Positions 39,223 to 49,667 of a stretch of DNA of 64,000 nt are shown here, piece by piece. The first letter of the stretch is position 1. Every line of letters begins with the position of its first letter. The DNA comes from an uncultured Clostridia bacterium (GTDB taxonomy: Bacteria > Bacillota > Clostridia > TANB77 > CAG-508), in assembly GCA_963556905.1 (NCBI GenBank), contig CAUWAY010000004.1:1150-65149 (forward strand), in the 5' to 3' direction. Under the pieces are notes generated by a model, which made no database searches, was not told the origin of the DNA, and saw only the letters and a program-made list of their open reading frames with translations. The position numbers and the translations under genes are program-made.

Positions 39223-40113
39223 ATGGGATTAAAAGTAGAAAAAGTTAGTAAATATTTTGGAGAAAGATTAGCAGTAGACAATATAAGTTTTGAAATGGAA
39301 AAACCAGGAGTATTTGGGTTATTAGGAACAAATGGAGCCGGAAAAACAACAACAATAAGAATGATACTTGGAATCTTGAAAAAAGATGCTGGAGAAATAA
39401 CTTGGAATGGAAGAAGTGTAGAAAGAAAAAATGTAAATTTTGGATATTTGCCAGAAGAAAGAGGAATATATCCAAAAATAAAAATATATGAACAATTACT
39501 TTATTTTGCAGAATTAAAAGGAATGAAAAAGGAAGAAGCTTGCAAAGAAATAGATTATTGGATGAGTAGACTAAAGGTAGAAGAATACAAAAATATGCAA
39601 GCAGAAAAATTATCAAAAGGAAATCAACAAAAAATACAATTCATAACAGCAATACTAAACAACTCAGAATTAATAGTTTTAGATGAACCATTTAGCGGAC
39701 TAGACCCAGTTAATACTGAAATATTAAAAGAAGTAATAACAGAACTTGTTGAAAAAGGAAGATATATAATAATGTCAAGCCACCAAATGAGCTCAATTGA
39801 AGAATTCTGCTCAGATGTAGTAATTATAAATAGAGGAAAAACTGTATTAAAAGGAAATTTAAAACAAATAAAAGATAGTTATCAATCAAATAGACTAGAA
39901 ATAAGTGTAAAACAAAACATTACTACATATATAGAAGAGTTAGAAATGCAAATTGAAAAAAATATAGACAACAATTATGAAATAAAAATAGAAAATGAAA
40001 AACAAGCACAAACTTTATTAAAAAAACTTGTAGATAAAAATATTGAAATATATAAATTTGAATTAAAAAAACCAAGTTTAAATGACATATTTATAGAAAA
40101 GGTAGGTGCTTAA
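39223..40113 (+). CDS. ABC transporter ATP-binding protein (NatA/ABC-2 type)
   Basis: Walker A GTNGAGKTT, signature LSKGNQQK, Walker B LIVLDEP. Confidence 0.9.
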   Translation: MGLKVEKVSKYFGERLAVDNISFEMEKPGVFGLLGTNGAGKTTTIRMILGILKKDAGEITWNGRSVERKNVNFGYLPEERGIYPKIKIYEQLLYFAELKGMKKEEACKEIDYWMSRLKVEEYKNMQAEKLSKGNQQKIQFITAILNNSELIVLDEPFSGLDPVNTEILKEVITELVEKGRYIIMSSHQMSSIEEFCSDVVIINRGKTVLKGNLKQIKDSYQSNRLEISVKQNITTYIEELEMQIEKNIDNNYEIKIENEKQAQTLLKKLVDKNIEIYKFELKKPSLNDIFIEKVGA

Positions 40114-40114
40114 G

Positions 40115-41359
40115 ATGAGAGATTTATTTGTAGTAGCAAAATTTACTATTAAAGACATGATAAAAAGAAAATCTTTTATAATATCAAATATTATAATATT
40201 AGTTATGATAATAATAGGTTTTAATGTTCCTAATATAATAAAATTGGTAAAAGGAGAAAACGAAACTTTTGATGAGACAAAATTATGCATAATTGATAAT
40301 AATAACATATTTGAAGGAACATTAGAACAATTAAATGAGATGAAATTAGGATATAAAGTAACTGTAAAAAATGAAGATATTGAATTTGAAAAAATAAAAG
40401 AAATGATGGAAAAACTTGAAATAGATGAAGCAATAGTAATAACCAAAATGGAAGATGGAAAGATAAATTTAGAATATATTGTTGAAAATATAGCATATAT
40501 AGAAAAAATGCCAGAACAATTAACAAATGCTATAACTAATATATATAGCAATTTACAAATATCAAAATTAGGATTAACACAAGACCAACTACAAACTTTA
40601 GTACCAAATTTTAATTTCGAAATAAAACAAACTGATGAGCAAGAAGTTCATGGAAATCAATTTGCAATGATGTTAATGTCACTGATATTATTTTATGCAA
40701 TATATTTTTGTGCATATCAAGTATCAACATCAATAACAACAGAAAAAACTTCAAAAATAATAGAAACACTTGTCACATCAACAGCACCAAGAACAATAGT
40801 GCTTGGTAAAACTATTGGAATAGGAATAGTAGGATTATTACAAATTATAGTAATGATAATAACAGCATTAATATCTGGAAGACTATTTTTAGAAGAAGGA
40901 ATGTTAGATGGAATAATAGATTTATCAAGCATAACACCATTTTTAGGTATTATAACTATAATATATTTCTTATTAGGATATGCAGTTTATGCATTATTAT
41001 ATGCATTAACAGGCTCAACTGTTAGTAAACCAGAAGATGTTCAATCTGCTAATGGGCCTATTGCAATAATTGCAGTTATTGGATTTTATTTAGCATATTT
41101 TACAATGATAAATCCAACGAGTGAACTAAATAAGCTAGCAGCAATACTTCCAATATCATCACCATTTTGTATGCCATTTAGAGTAATGATGGGACTTGCA
41201 TCAACTTCAGAAATAGTAGTGTCAATTTTGTTAATATTAGTTACAATATTTGTAGTAGCAAAAATATCTATAAAGATATATTCACAAGCTATATTAAATT
41301 ATGGAAGTAAAATTAATTTTAAGGACATGCTAAATATGTATAAAAATAAAAATGTGTAG
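40115..41359 (+). CDS. ABC-2 type permease (NatB-like)
   Basis: N-terminal TM segment, large extracytoplasmic loop, then five or six C-terminal TM segments. Directly follows the ATPase gene. Confidence 0.8.
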   Translation: MRDLFVVAKFTIKDMIKRKSFIISNIIILVMIIIGFNVPNIIKLVKGENETFDETKLCIIDNNNIFEGTLEQLNEMKLGYKVTVKNEDIEFEKIKEMMEKLEIDEAIVITKMEDGKINLEYIVENIAYIEKMPEQLTNAITNIYSNLQISKLGLTQDQLQTLVPNFNFEIKQTDEQEVHGNQFAMMLMSLILFYAIYFCAYQVSTSITTEKTSKIIETLVTSTAPRTIVLGKTIGIGIVGLLQIIVMIITALISGRLFLEEGMLDGIIDLSSITPFLGIITIIYFLLGYAVYALLYALTGSTVSKPEDVQSANGPIAIIAVIGFYLAYFTMINPTSELNKLAAILPISSPFCMPFRVMMGLASTSEIVVSILLILVTIFVVAKISIKIYSQAILNYGSKINFKDMLNMYKNKNV

Positions 41360-41444
41360 AAATGATAAACTAGATTAATATGTAATAAAAGTAAAAAAAC
41401 CTCATATACATTAATAAACAAAAAATGTATAGGAGGTTTTTTAT

Positions 41445-42998
41445 ATGGAAGTAACAAAAGAGACTTTAAAAGTAAATAAAAATGTATGTATAAAAAAAGA
41501 AATTATAAATGTTAAAGGAGACATGATAGTTCCTGATTCTAAACCAGATATATTAAACACAATAAACACTAATGGAAATGTATGTATATACAAAAAAGAA
41601 GTTATAGATGGAAAACTAAGAATAGATGGAAACATATTAACATATATAATGTATTTAGCAGATGGAGAAAAAGACAATATAAGAGGGTTAAATACAGGAC
41701 TAGATTTTTCAGAAACTATAAATATTCCTGAATTACAAGTAGGAATGGATGCAGAAATAGAGCCAAAAATAAAATCTATAGAATGTAAAGTATTAAATGG
41801 AAGAAAAATAGCAATAAAAACAACTTTAGAAATAGTTATAAAAATAACATCTAAAGAAGATGCAAATATTGTAATAGGAACAAATGATGAAAATATTCAA
41901 GTTCTAAACAAAAAAATGAAAATAAACTCATTATTAGGAACAGGAACTACAAAAGGCTATGTTAAAGAGAACATATCAATTCCTAATACAGATAATTTTG
42001 CAGAAATATTAAATGTACAAATTTGTTTAACAGATAAAGACATTAAAATAAGTTATAATAAAGTGATTGCAAAATCAGAAGTAGAAGTAAAATTAGTTTA
42101 TTTAACAGAAGAGGGAAAAATATGTACAACACAAGCAAAGTTACCATTAGTTGGTTTTATAGATATGCAAAATATAAAAGAAGAAAATATGTGTGAAATA
42201 TCATATCTAATAAAAAATATAGTAATTAAACCAAATTCAATGGAAGAACATTCAATATATATTGAAATAGAAGTTGAAATTTCATGTATAACATATGAAG
42301 AAAAGGAAATTAATGTGATTCAAGATATGTATTGTCCCGGTGAAAAAATAGAATTTGAAGAAACCAAATTAAATACAATGACAAATAAAAAACATAATAA
42401 AAATTTATGTGCAATTAGAGAAAAAATAAATGTATCAGAATTAACAACAGGAAAAATAATAGATGTTGGAATTATTACAATTATAAACAAAGAAAATAAA
42501 CTAAATGGCAAGATAATATATGAATGTGAATTAGAATTAAACTTTATATTTACAGACAATTCTTCAACAGGAGTAAATACAAAAAAAGTTAGTATTCCAT
42601 TTGAACAAACAATAGAAGGAATAAATAATGATAGCATTACAAATACAAAAATAGATATAAGTTCACAGGAATTTATTAATCAATCTGGAGTAGTAAGTGT
42701 TAATGCAGATTTGATATTTGAAACAGATACATATCAAAATTCAGAAATACCAGTAATAAATAATATTACAGAAGAGGAAATAGAAAACTTTGAAGATTAT
42801 AGTATAATAATATATGTAGTAAGAAATGGGGATACTTTGTGGAAAATAGCTAAAAGATTTGGAAGCACAGTTGATGATATTATAAGAGTAAATGGAATTG
42901 AAGACCCAAATAAAATAAATGTTGGAGAAAAAATATATATTCCTAAATATGTACTAAAAAAAGCAAAAGAACCAATAACATTATCTATAAATGTCTAA
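41445..42998 (+). CDS. SPOCS (DUF3794)-repeat protein with C-terminal LysM, SpoVID/SafA-like spore coat morphogenesis candidate
   Basis: C-terminal LysM YVVRNGDTLWKIAKRFGSTVDDIIRVNGI. Repeated beta-rich modules precede it. Neighbour of yunB. Confidence 0.6.
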   Translation: MEVTKETLKVNKNVCIKKEIINVKGDMIVPDSKPDILNTINTNGNVCIYKKEVIDGKLRIDGNILTYIMYLADGEKDNIRGLNTGLDFSETINIPELQVGMDAEIEPKIKSIECKVLNGRKIAIKTTLEIVIKITSKEDANIVIGTNDENIQVLNKKMKINSLLGTGTTKGYVKENISIPNTDNFAEILNVQICLTDKDIKISYNKVIAKSEVEVKLVYLTEEGKICTTQAKLPLVGFIDMQNIKEENMCEISYLIKNIVIKPNSMEEHSIYIEIEVEISCITYEEKEINVIQDMYCPGEKIEFEETKLNTMTNKKHNKNLCAIREKINVSELTTGKIIDVGIITIINKENKLNGKIIYECELELNFIFTDNSSTGVNTKKVSIPFEQTIEGINNDSITNTKIDISSQEFINQSGVVSVNADLIFETDTYQNSEIPVINNITEEEIENFEDYSIIIYVVRNGDTLWKIAKRFGSTVDDIIRVNGIEDPNKINVGEKIYIPKYVLKKAKEPITLSINV

Positions 42999-43701
42999 AA
43001 TTTATTCTAGAAAAAGATTTATATTAAAGCCCAGAAATAATATAAATCTAAAAGTTGTAAAATTTAAGAAAAAGACAATGAGAATTATTCTAATTTTAAT
43101 AGTAATAATTTTACTTTTAAAAATGTCTTTTAACCGAATAGAACCAGTATTTAAGGCAATGTGTGAAGAAAAAGCAAAATCAATTGCAACAATTATAACA
43201 AATCAACAATCTAGTATTATAATTAATAATTACAAATATGAAGAATTATATACAATAGAAAAAGACTCCAATGGAAATATTGCAGTCATAAAATCGAATG
43301 TTGCACCAATAAACAATATGGTGTCACAATTAACAGAAGCGATTCAAAATAAATTTGATAGTATTGAAGATATTGAAATTAGTATACCATTTGGAAATTT
43401 AACTGGTATATATTTTCTTTCTGGGTTTGGACCTGATATTCCGTTAAAAATTTCTATGACAGGAATGGTTGATACAGAAATAAAAAGTGAATTTATTTCA
43501 CAAGGAATTAATCAAACACTACATAGAGTATATGTTAATTTTGAATGTAATATGTCTGTTGTTACATCATTCAAAAATTATGATAAAAAAATAGTTAATC
43601 AAGTAATTATTGCTGAACATGTTATTGTTGGAAATATTCCTGATTCTTATTATAATTTAGAAGGTATGTCTAAAGAAGATACAATGAACGTTATACAATA
43701 A
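42991..43701 (+). CDS. yunB: Sporulation protein YunB
   Basis: N-terminal TM segment and IPFGNLTGIYFLSGFGPDIPLKI...GINQTLHRVY, as in the YunB family (from memory). Confidence 0.7.
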   Translation: MSKIYSRKRFILKPRNNINLKVVKFKKKTMRIILILIVIILLLKMSFNRIEPVFKAMCEEKAKSIATIITNQQSSIIINNYKYEELYTIEKDSNGNIAVIKSNVAPINNMVSQLTEAIQNKFDSIEDIEISIPFGNLTGIYFLSGFGPDIPLKISMTGMVDTEIKSEFISQGINQTLHRVYVNFECNMSVVTSFKNYDKKIVNQVIIAEHVIVGNIPDSYYNLEGMSKEDTMNVIQ

Positions 43702-43743
43702 AAAAATCAAGTTATAACTTAATAATTATAACTTGATTTTTTT
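43701..43743. terminator. Bidirectional terminator between yunB and rpsT
   Basis: ATCAAGTTATAA...TTATAACTTGAT flanked by A7 and T7 runs. Confidence 0.85.
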
Positions 43744-43755
43744 GATTAATAATAA

Positions 43756-44019
43756 TTATGCCATAGCATTTAATTTCTTTGACATACTAGATTTTTTTCT
43801 AGCAGCTGTATTTTTTACAATAACACCTTTTGTGCAAGCTTGGTCTATTTTCTTTGTAGCTTCAGACATTAATGTAGTAGCTTCAGTTTTATTACCAGCA
43901 GCAACAGCTTCCTCAAATTTCTTTACAGCTGATTTATATGCACTTTTAACCATATTATTTGTTAATGTTTTCTTTTCAATAATTTTAACTCTTTTTTTTG
44001 CTGATTTAATATTTGGCAT
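43756..44019 (-). CDS. rpsT: 30S ribosomal protein S20
   Basis: [22 protein letters not shown]. 87 aa. Confidence 0.95.
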   Translation of the reverse strand: MPNIKSAKKRVKIIEKKTLTNNMVKSAYKSAVKKFEEAVAAGNKTEATTLMSEATKKIDQACTKGVIVKNTAARKKSSMSKKLNAMA

Positions 44020-44068
44020 GTTTAATGCACCTCCTCTTAGTAAATTAAACTATAACGCATACAATTAT

Positions 44069-44097
44069 ATCATACAAAAATAAATTTGACAAGTCAA
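44069..44097 (-). promoter_or_regulatory. Candidate sigma-A promoter of rpsT
   Basis: On the minus strand: TTGACT (44097-44092), 17-nt spacer, TATGAT (44074-44069). Confidence 0.45.
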
Positions 44098-44284
44098 AAA
44101 TAGAAATAATTTTTTGTTATACCAAAAATATTTATAAACTAACAATAATACCAAAAAAATATTATAAAATAAGTCACATTTCGAAAATTTTTTAAAAATA
44201 TTGCACTTGAAGAAAGAATATGTTATATTAATATATAATATTGAACAAACAATTAGGTTCAAAATAGAAAGGAAAGTGGTAAAA

Positions 44285-44731
44285 ATGATAGCAATAGGAA
44301 GTGACCACGGAGGATATAAATTAAAAGAAGAAATAAAAAAATATTTAGAAGAAAAAGAAATTGAATATGAAGATTGCGGAACATTTTCAGAAGAAAGAGC
44401 AGAGTATCCAGAAATTGCAAAAGTAGTAGCAAAAGAAATACAAAACAAAGAATGTAACCAAGGAATATTAATATGCCGTTCAGGTATAGGAATGAGTATA
44501 GTAGCAAACAAATTTAAAGGAATAAGATGTGCAAAATGTGACAATGAAGAAGAAGCAAAATTTTCAAGAATGCACAATAATAGTAATGTTTTAGCACTAG
44601 GAGCAGATTATATAAATGTAAACCAAGCAATATGCATAGTAAGAGCATGGATTGCAACAGAATTTGAAGGTGGACGACATGAAGAAAGAATAGAAATGAT
44701 TAATGAAATAGAAAATGAAAATATGAAATAG
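44285..44731 (+). CDS. rpiB: Ribose-5-phosphate isomerase B
   Basis: MIAIGSDHGGYKLKEEI, ILICRSGIGMSIVANK. ATG 44285 follows GAAAGGAAAG. Confidence 0.9.
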   Translation: MIAIGSDHGGYKLKEEIKKYLEEKEIEYEDCGTFSEERAEYPEIAKVVAKEIQNKECNQGILICRSGIGMSIVANKFKGIRCAKCDNEEEAKFSRMHNNSNVLALGADYINVNQAICIVRAWIATEFEGGRHEERIEMINEIENENMK

Positions 44732-44744
44732 TGGAGGCACATCA

Positions 44745-45848
44745 ATGTGGGGAAATATAGCGATAGCATTTATATTAGCATTTATAGTATCATTTATGGC
44801 GACACCATACACAATAAAAATAGCTAATAAAATAGGAGCAGTAGATATACCAAAAGACCAAAGAAGAATGCATACAAAAAAAATGCCCAAATTTGGAGGT
44901 CCTGCTGTAATATTAGGATTTATTGTTTCAATGATATACCTAGTAATAGTAATGAGTATAGAAGAAAGTTTAGACTTATTTGCAGAACAAGAATATGGAA
45001 AAAAACTAATAGGAATATTGCTAGGAATAATAGTAATTGCAATAACGGGGATAATAGATGACATAAAAACATTAAAGCCTTGGCAAGAATTATTAGGACA
45101 AATTATTGCAGCAATAATAGTAGTATCATTTGGAATACAAATTGAACATTTAGATATACCATTTTTATATATGGTAGGCTTAAATAATGAAATATCTACA
45201 ATAGTTACTATATTGTGGATAGTAGGAGTAACAAATGCAATTAATTTAATAGATGGGCTAGATGGCTTATCATCAGGAATATCTCTAATATCATGTATAT
45301 CATTATTAATAATATTTTTAATGAACGGCTCACCTATAATTGCAACAGTTATAGTAACAGCAATGAGTGGAGCATTAGTAGGATTTTTACCATATAATTT
45401 TTCACCAGCCAAAACATTTATAGGAGATACAGGTTCAAATTTTTTAGGATTTATGTTAGCAGTAGTATCAATACTAGGAGTTGCCAAAACATATACAGCA
45501 GCAGTAATAGTATTACCAGTAATAGTATTAGGATTACCGATATTTGATGTATTATTTGCAATAATAAGAAGAATAGTAAAAGGAAAATCAATAAAAGCAG
45601 TATTTAAACCGGACAAAGGGCATCTACATCATAGACTAGTTGAAAAAGGATTTTCACAAAAGCAAGCAGTATTGATATTATATGGTTTAAGTGCATCACT
45701 TGGAATGTTTGCAATAATATTATTTGACAGTGGAATATGGAAAGCACTATCATTTCTACTAATGATAATTGCATCAGTTGCGATTGGATATAGAAACTTT
45801 ATAAAAGAAAAAGAAAAAAAATCACAAATAACAGAAGGAGAAAAATAA
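44745..45848 (+). CDS. Glycosyltransferase family 4, TagO/WecA-like undecaprenyl-phosphate HexNAc-1-P transferase
   Basis: IDDIK, NAINLIDGLDGL, FIGDTGSNFLGF, HLHHRL. The N-terminus (KIGAVDIPKDQRRMH) is WecA/TagO-like rather than MraY-like. Confidence 0.8.
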   Translation: MWGNIAIAFILAFIVSFMATPYTIKIANKIGAVDIPKDQRRMHTKKMPKFGGPAVILGFIVSMIYLVIVMSIEESLDLFAEQEYGKKLIGILLGIIVIAITGIIDDIKTLKPWQELLGQIIAAIIVVSFGIQIEHLDIPFLYMVGLNNEISTIVTILWIVGVTNAINLIDGLDGLSSGISLISCISLLIIFLMNGSPIIATVIVTAMSGALVGFLPYNFSPAKTFIGDTGSNFLGFMLAVVSILGVAKTYTAAVIVLPVIVLGLPIFDVLFAIIRRIVKGKSIKAVFKPDKGHLHHRLVEKGFSQKQAVLILYGLSASLGMFAIILFDSGIWKALSFLLMIIASVAIGYRNFIKEKEKKSQITEGEK

Positions 45849-45885
45849 AATAAAGAAAAAATGCAGAAATGGATGTGAAAAAAAC

Positions 45886-46431
45886 ATGTTAAAAGAATTT
45901 AAAGAATTTGCAACAAAAGGTAATATAATGGACTTAGCTGTTGGTGTGGTAATGGGAGGTTCTTTTCAAAAAATAGTAACATCATTAGTTCAAGACATAA
46001 TAATGCCAGCTGTATCAGTACTTACTGGAAAAGTTGACTTTTCAGATATGGTAATAACAATAGGAGACTCAACAATAAGATATGGAAATTTTATAACAGC
46101 AATAGTTGACTTTTTAATAATATCATTTTCAATATTTATAATGATAAGATATTTAAACAAATGGAACAAAATTAAAGAATTAGGAGAAATGGCAGCAATA
46201 AAGTTAGACAAAAATGGAAAAATTATAAAAGTAAAACCAAAAAAGAAACAAGAGCCTGAGCCAGTTAAAGAGCCAGAAACTAAGATTTGTCCATATTGTT
46301 TAACTGAAATAAAATATCATGCAACCAGATGTCCAAATTGTACTTCAAAATTAGAACTAATAGTAAAAGATGTACCTAATGTAGAAAATGTTTTAGAAGA
46401 AAACAAAGAAGAGATAGAGGAGGTAAAATGA
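45886..46431 (+). CDS. mscL: Large-conductance mechanosensitive channel MscL with C-terminal zinc-ribbon extension
   Basis: MLKEFKEFATKGNIMDLAVGVVMGGSFQKIV MscL N-terminus. The tail carries CPYC...CPNC. Confidence 0.85.
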   Translation: MLKEFKEFATKGNIMDLAVGVVMGGSFQKIVTSLVQDIIMPAVSVLTGKVDFSDMVITIGDSTIRYGNFITAIVDFLIISFSIFIMIRYLNKWNKIKELGEMAAIKLDKNGKIIKVKPKKKQEPEPVKEPETKICPYCLTEIKYHATRCPNCTSKLELIVKDVPNVENVLEENKEEIEEVK

Positions 46432-47321
46432 AAGACCAAATAATAAAATTTTTAGCATATAATGGAAAAATATCAGTAGTATGTAGTAATACTACAAATT
46501 TAGTAGAAGAAGCAAGAAAAATGCATGACTTAAGCCCATTAACAACAGCAGTATTAGGAAGAGTATTAACAATAACAGCATTAATGGGAGCTGAAATGAA
46601 AAATAAAACAGATAAATTAACAATTCAAATTAAAGGAAATGGAGAAGTTGGAAAAATTGTATCAGTATCAGACAATTTTCCACATGTAAAAGCATTTATA
46701 ACAAATCCAAGAGTAGAATTACCACTAAATGAATTTGGGAAACTAGATGTAGGAAAAGCAGTAGGAGAAAAAGGATTTATAAATGTTATAAAAGATATAG
46801 GATTAAAAGAACCATATATAGGAATAAGCCCATTAACATCAGGAGAAATAGCAGATGACTTTGCAAACTATTTTCAAACATCAGAACAAAAGCAAACAGC
46901 AGTAGCCTTAGGAGTATTAGTAGATAAAGATGGAGTTCGTTCATCAGGAGGATATATAATAACACCTATGCCAGATGCAACAGAAGAAGAAATATCAAAT
47001 GTAGAACAAGCAATATTTAAAGCTGGAGCAATGTCAAAAATGCTTGACAATAACTTAAGCTTAAAAGAAATTGCCCAAAAAATAACAGGAGACAAAAACG
47101 TAAAAGTAGTTGATGAATCAATACAACCAGTATATGAATGTGGTTGTAGCAAAGAAAAATTTGCAGAAAGTTTAGTTACATTAGGAGAAAAACAACTTAC
47201 AGAAATAATAGAAGAAGATGAAAAAGCAGAAATAAAATGTCAATTCTGTAATAAAACATATAATTTTAACAAAGAAGAATTAGAAAATATAAGGGAAAAA
47301 AATAAAAAGAATAAGTTATAA
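46428..47321 (+). CDS. hslO: Redox-regulated chaperone Hsp33
   Basis: C-terminal zinc centre CGCSKEKF...CQFCNKTY. 297 aa. Confidence 0.9.
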   Translation: MKDQIIKFLAYNGKISVVCSNTTNLVEEARKMHDLSPLTTAVLGRVLTITALMGAEMKNKTDKLTIQIKGNGEVGKIVSVSDNFPHVKAFITNPRVELPLNEFGKLDVGKAVGEKGFINVIKDIGLKEPYIGISPLTSGEIADDFANYFQTSEQKQTAVALGVLVDKDGVRSSGGYIITPMPDATEEEISNVEQAIFKAGAMSKMLDNNLSLKEIAQKITGDKNVKVVDESIQPVYECGCSKEKFAESLVTLGEKQLTEIIEEDEKAEIKCQFCNKTYNFNKEELENIREKNKKNKL

Positions 47322-47350
47322 AATACTTAAATAAAAAAGGAGTAATTAAA

Positions 47351-48271
47351 ATGGAAGAAAAAATATTAGTATTTGGACACAAAAGTCCTGACACAGATTC
47401 AATATGCTCAAGTATAGTAATGGCAGATTTACAAACAAAAATAAGAGGAAAAGAAGTAATACCTTGTAGATTAGGGGAAATTAGTGAAGAAACAAAATAT
47501 GTATTAAAACATTTCAAACAAGAAGAACCAAAATATATAGAAAAAGTAGAAGAAGGACAAACAGTAATATTAGTAGATCATAATGAATTTTCACAAACAG
47601 TTGAAGGAATAGAAAAAGTAAAAATAGATACAGTAGTTGATCACCATAGGATAAATAATTTCCAAACATCAGAACCATTATATTATTATGCACAACCAGT
47701 AGGATGTACATCAACACTATTATTTGAATTATATAAAACAAATAATATAAAAATAGAACCACAAATAGCAGGACTAATGCTAAGTGCAATAATATCAGAT
47801 ACATTATTATTAAAATCACCAACAACAACAGATAAAGACAAAAAAGCAATTAATGAACTTTCTCAAATAGCAAATATTGATATTGAAAGTTATGGACTAG
47901 AAATGTTAAAGGCTGGCACGAATTTAGATAAATATACAGAAGAAGAACTAATTTGTTTAGATGCAAAAAAAATAGAAAAAGAAGATACTAAATATATAAT
48001 AGCACAAGTAAATACAGTAAGTATTGCAGATGTTTTAAAAAGAAAAGAAAAAATAGAACAAGCAATAAATAAAGAAATATTATCAAAAGGTTTAAGCCTA
48101 TTTGTATTTGTTATAACAGATATAATAAATAGTAATTCAGAAGCAATTGTTTTAGGAGATAAAACAGAAGCAATATCAAAAACATATGAAATAAAAGATA
48201 ATATAGCGGTTATGCCAGGAGTAGTATCAAGAAAAAAACAAATATTACCTTTAATTGAAAAAAATATATAA
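47351..48271 (+). CDS. ppaC: Manganese-dependent inorganic pyrophosphatase (family II, DHH)
   Basis: FGHKSPDTDSICS, VDHN, DHHR, SPTTT. Confidence 0.9.
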   Translation: MEEKILVFGHKSPDTDSICSSIVMADLQTKIRGKEVIPCRLGEISEETKYVLKHFKQEEPKYIEKVEEGQTVILVDHNEFSQTVEGIEKVKIDTVVDHHRINNFQTSEPLYYYAQPVGCTSTLLFELYKTNNIKIEPQIAGLMLSAIISDTLLLKSPTTTDKDKKAINELSQIANIDIESYGLEMLKAGTNLDKYTEEELICLDAKKIEKEDTKYIIAQVNTVSIADVLKRKEKIEQAINKEILSKGLSLFVFVITDIINSNSEAIVLGDKTEAISKTYEIKDNIAVMPGVVSRKKQILPLIEKNI

Positions 48272-48279
48272 ATAATAAT

Positions 48280-48312
48280 AGAAAAAGATGGGGAAACCGT
48301 CTTTTTCTATTA
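48280..48312 (+). terminator. Probable rho-independent terminator
   Basis: AGAAAAAGATGG-ggaaa-CCGTCTTTTTCT (one G-U pair), followed by a weak T tract. Confidence 0.5.
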
Positions 48313-48409
48313 TTACTTAGAAATTAAAAATAGACATGTATAAAGGAATTGACATAATTGAGAAAAGAATATATAATATATAACGATAAAAAATAAAGAA
48401 GGTAATAAA

Positions 48410-49642
48410 ATGAAAAAAATAGAATTATTAGCCCCAGCAGGGTCATTTGAAAAAGCAAAAATAGCATATTTATATGGAGCAGATGCAGTATACTGTGGAA
48501 CATCATCACTATCATTAAGAACTAGAGCAGACATGAAAGATGATGATTTAGTAAATACAATAAAATATGCACATAACATAGGAAAAAAAGTATATGTAAC
48601 ACTAAATATATTTGCATGGGATGAAAAATATGAAGAAATAATAGAAATGGCAAAAAAATTAGAAGAATTAAAGCCTGATGGAATAATTGCAGCAGATGGA
48701 GGAGTAATTGAAACACTAAAAAAATATGCACCAAGTATACCAATAAATGTTAGTACACAAGCAAATATAGTAAGTCTACAAGCATGTGATTTTTGGTATA
48801 AAAATGGTGCCAAAAGAATGATAATGGCAAGAGAAATGAATAAAGAGCAACTAAAATATATAATGGAAAATAAACCAGAAGACATGGAAGTAGAAATATT
48901 TATACATGGTGCAATTTGTTTTGCATATTCAGGAAGATGCTTTTTGAGTGATTTCTTATCATGTAGAAGTGCAAACCTTGGAGACTGCGCACAGAGTTGT
49001 AGATGGTCATATAATTTATATGCAGAAGAAAAAAACAATCCAGGAGAATTTATGCCAATCGAGGAAAACGAATATGGTACAAGTATATTCTCATCAAAAG
49101 ACTTATGTTTAATAAGAGAAATTCCAGAAATAATTGAAATGGGAGTAGATAGTTTAAAAATAGAAGGACGTTTAAAAACAGAATATTATGTAGCAAGTAT
49201 AGTAAATGTGTACAGAAATGCAATAGATGATTATCAAAAAAATCCACAAAATTATGATGCAGAAAAATATTTAAAAGAAATTGAAAAAATAAAAACAAGA
49301 GGATTAACAACTTTTTATTTTAATGAGAGAAAAAATAAAGATATACAAGAATATTCTGGAAAACAATATAATGAACAATATCAATTTGGTGGAAAAGTTA
49401 TAGAATATCAAGAAGAAAAATCAATAATTGAAGTACGAAATAGACTTCAAATAGGAGATATAATGGAAATAATAGTACCACATAAATTAAAACCAATTGA
49501 ATTTAAAATTGAAAAATTATGGGATATTGAAACAGAAGAAGAAATTGAATTTGTAAATCCAGGAGTAAAAGGCCAAAAGGTAAAAATATTATTACCAATA
49601 AAATGCGAAAAAGACTGGATAATTAGGAGATTTAAAAAATAA
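48410..49642 (+). CDS. Peptidase U32 family protein (RlhA/TrhP-type RNA hydroxylation factor family)
   Basis: ELLAPAG, DAVYCG, E..IHGA.C.AYSGRC.LS, typical of U32. 410 aa. Confidence 0.85.
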   Translation: MKKIELLAPAGSFEKAKIAYLYGADAVYCGTSSLSLRTRADMKDDDLVNTIKYAHNIGKKVYVTLNIFAWDEKYEEIIEMAKKLEELKPDGIIAADGGVIETLKKYAPSIPINVSTQANIVSLQACDFWYKNGAKRMIMAREMNKEQLKYIMENKPEDMEVEIFIHGAICFAYSGRCFLSDFLSCRSANLGDCAQSCRWSYNLYAEEKNNPGEFMPIEENEYGTSIFSSKDLCLIREIPEIIEMGVDSLKIEGRLKTEYYVASIVNVYRNAIDDYQKNPQNYDAEKYLKEIEKIKTRGLTTFYFNERKNKDIQEYSGKQYNEQYQFGGKVIEYQEEKSIIEVRNRLQIGDIMEIIVPHKLKPIEFKIEKLWDIETEEEIEFVNPGVKGQKVKILLPIKCEKDWIIRRFKK

Positions 49643-49667
49643 ATTTCATTTTAGAATAGGAGAAAAA

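Noticed and set aside
43733-44083. 116-aa + strand ORF overlapping rpsT.
   Set aside because: The minus strand encodes a textbook ribosomal protein S20, and the + strand ORF is its hydrophobic antisense shadow.
44597-45616. 339-aa minus-strand ORF antisense to the GT4 (TagO/WecA-like) gene; likewise 44065-44577 antisense to rpiB.
   Set aside because: The + strand products carry clear family motifs (NAINLIDGLDGL; GSDHGGY). The antisense translations are Ile/Asn/Pro-rich with no motif.
48313-49038. 241-aa minus-strand ORF overlapping the start of the U32 gene.
   Set aside because: It is antisense to a well-supported U32 peptidase-family gene, has no SD and has a low-complexity composition.
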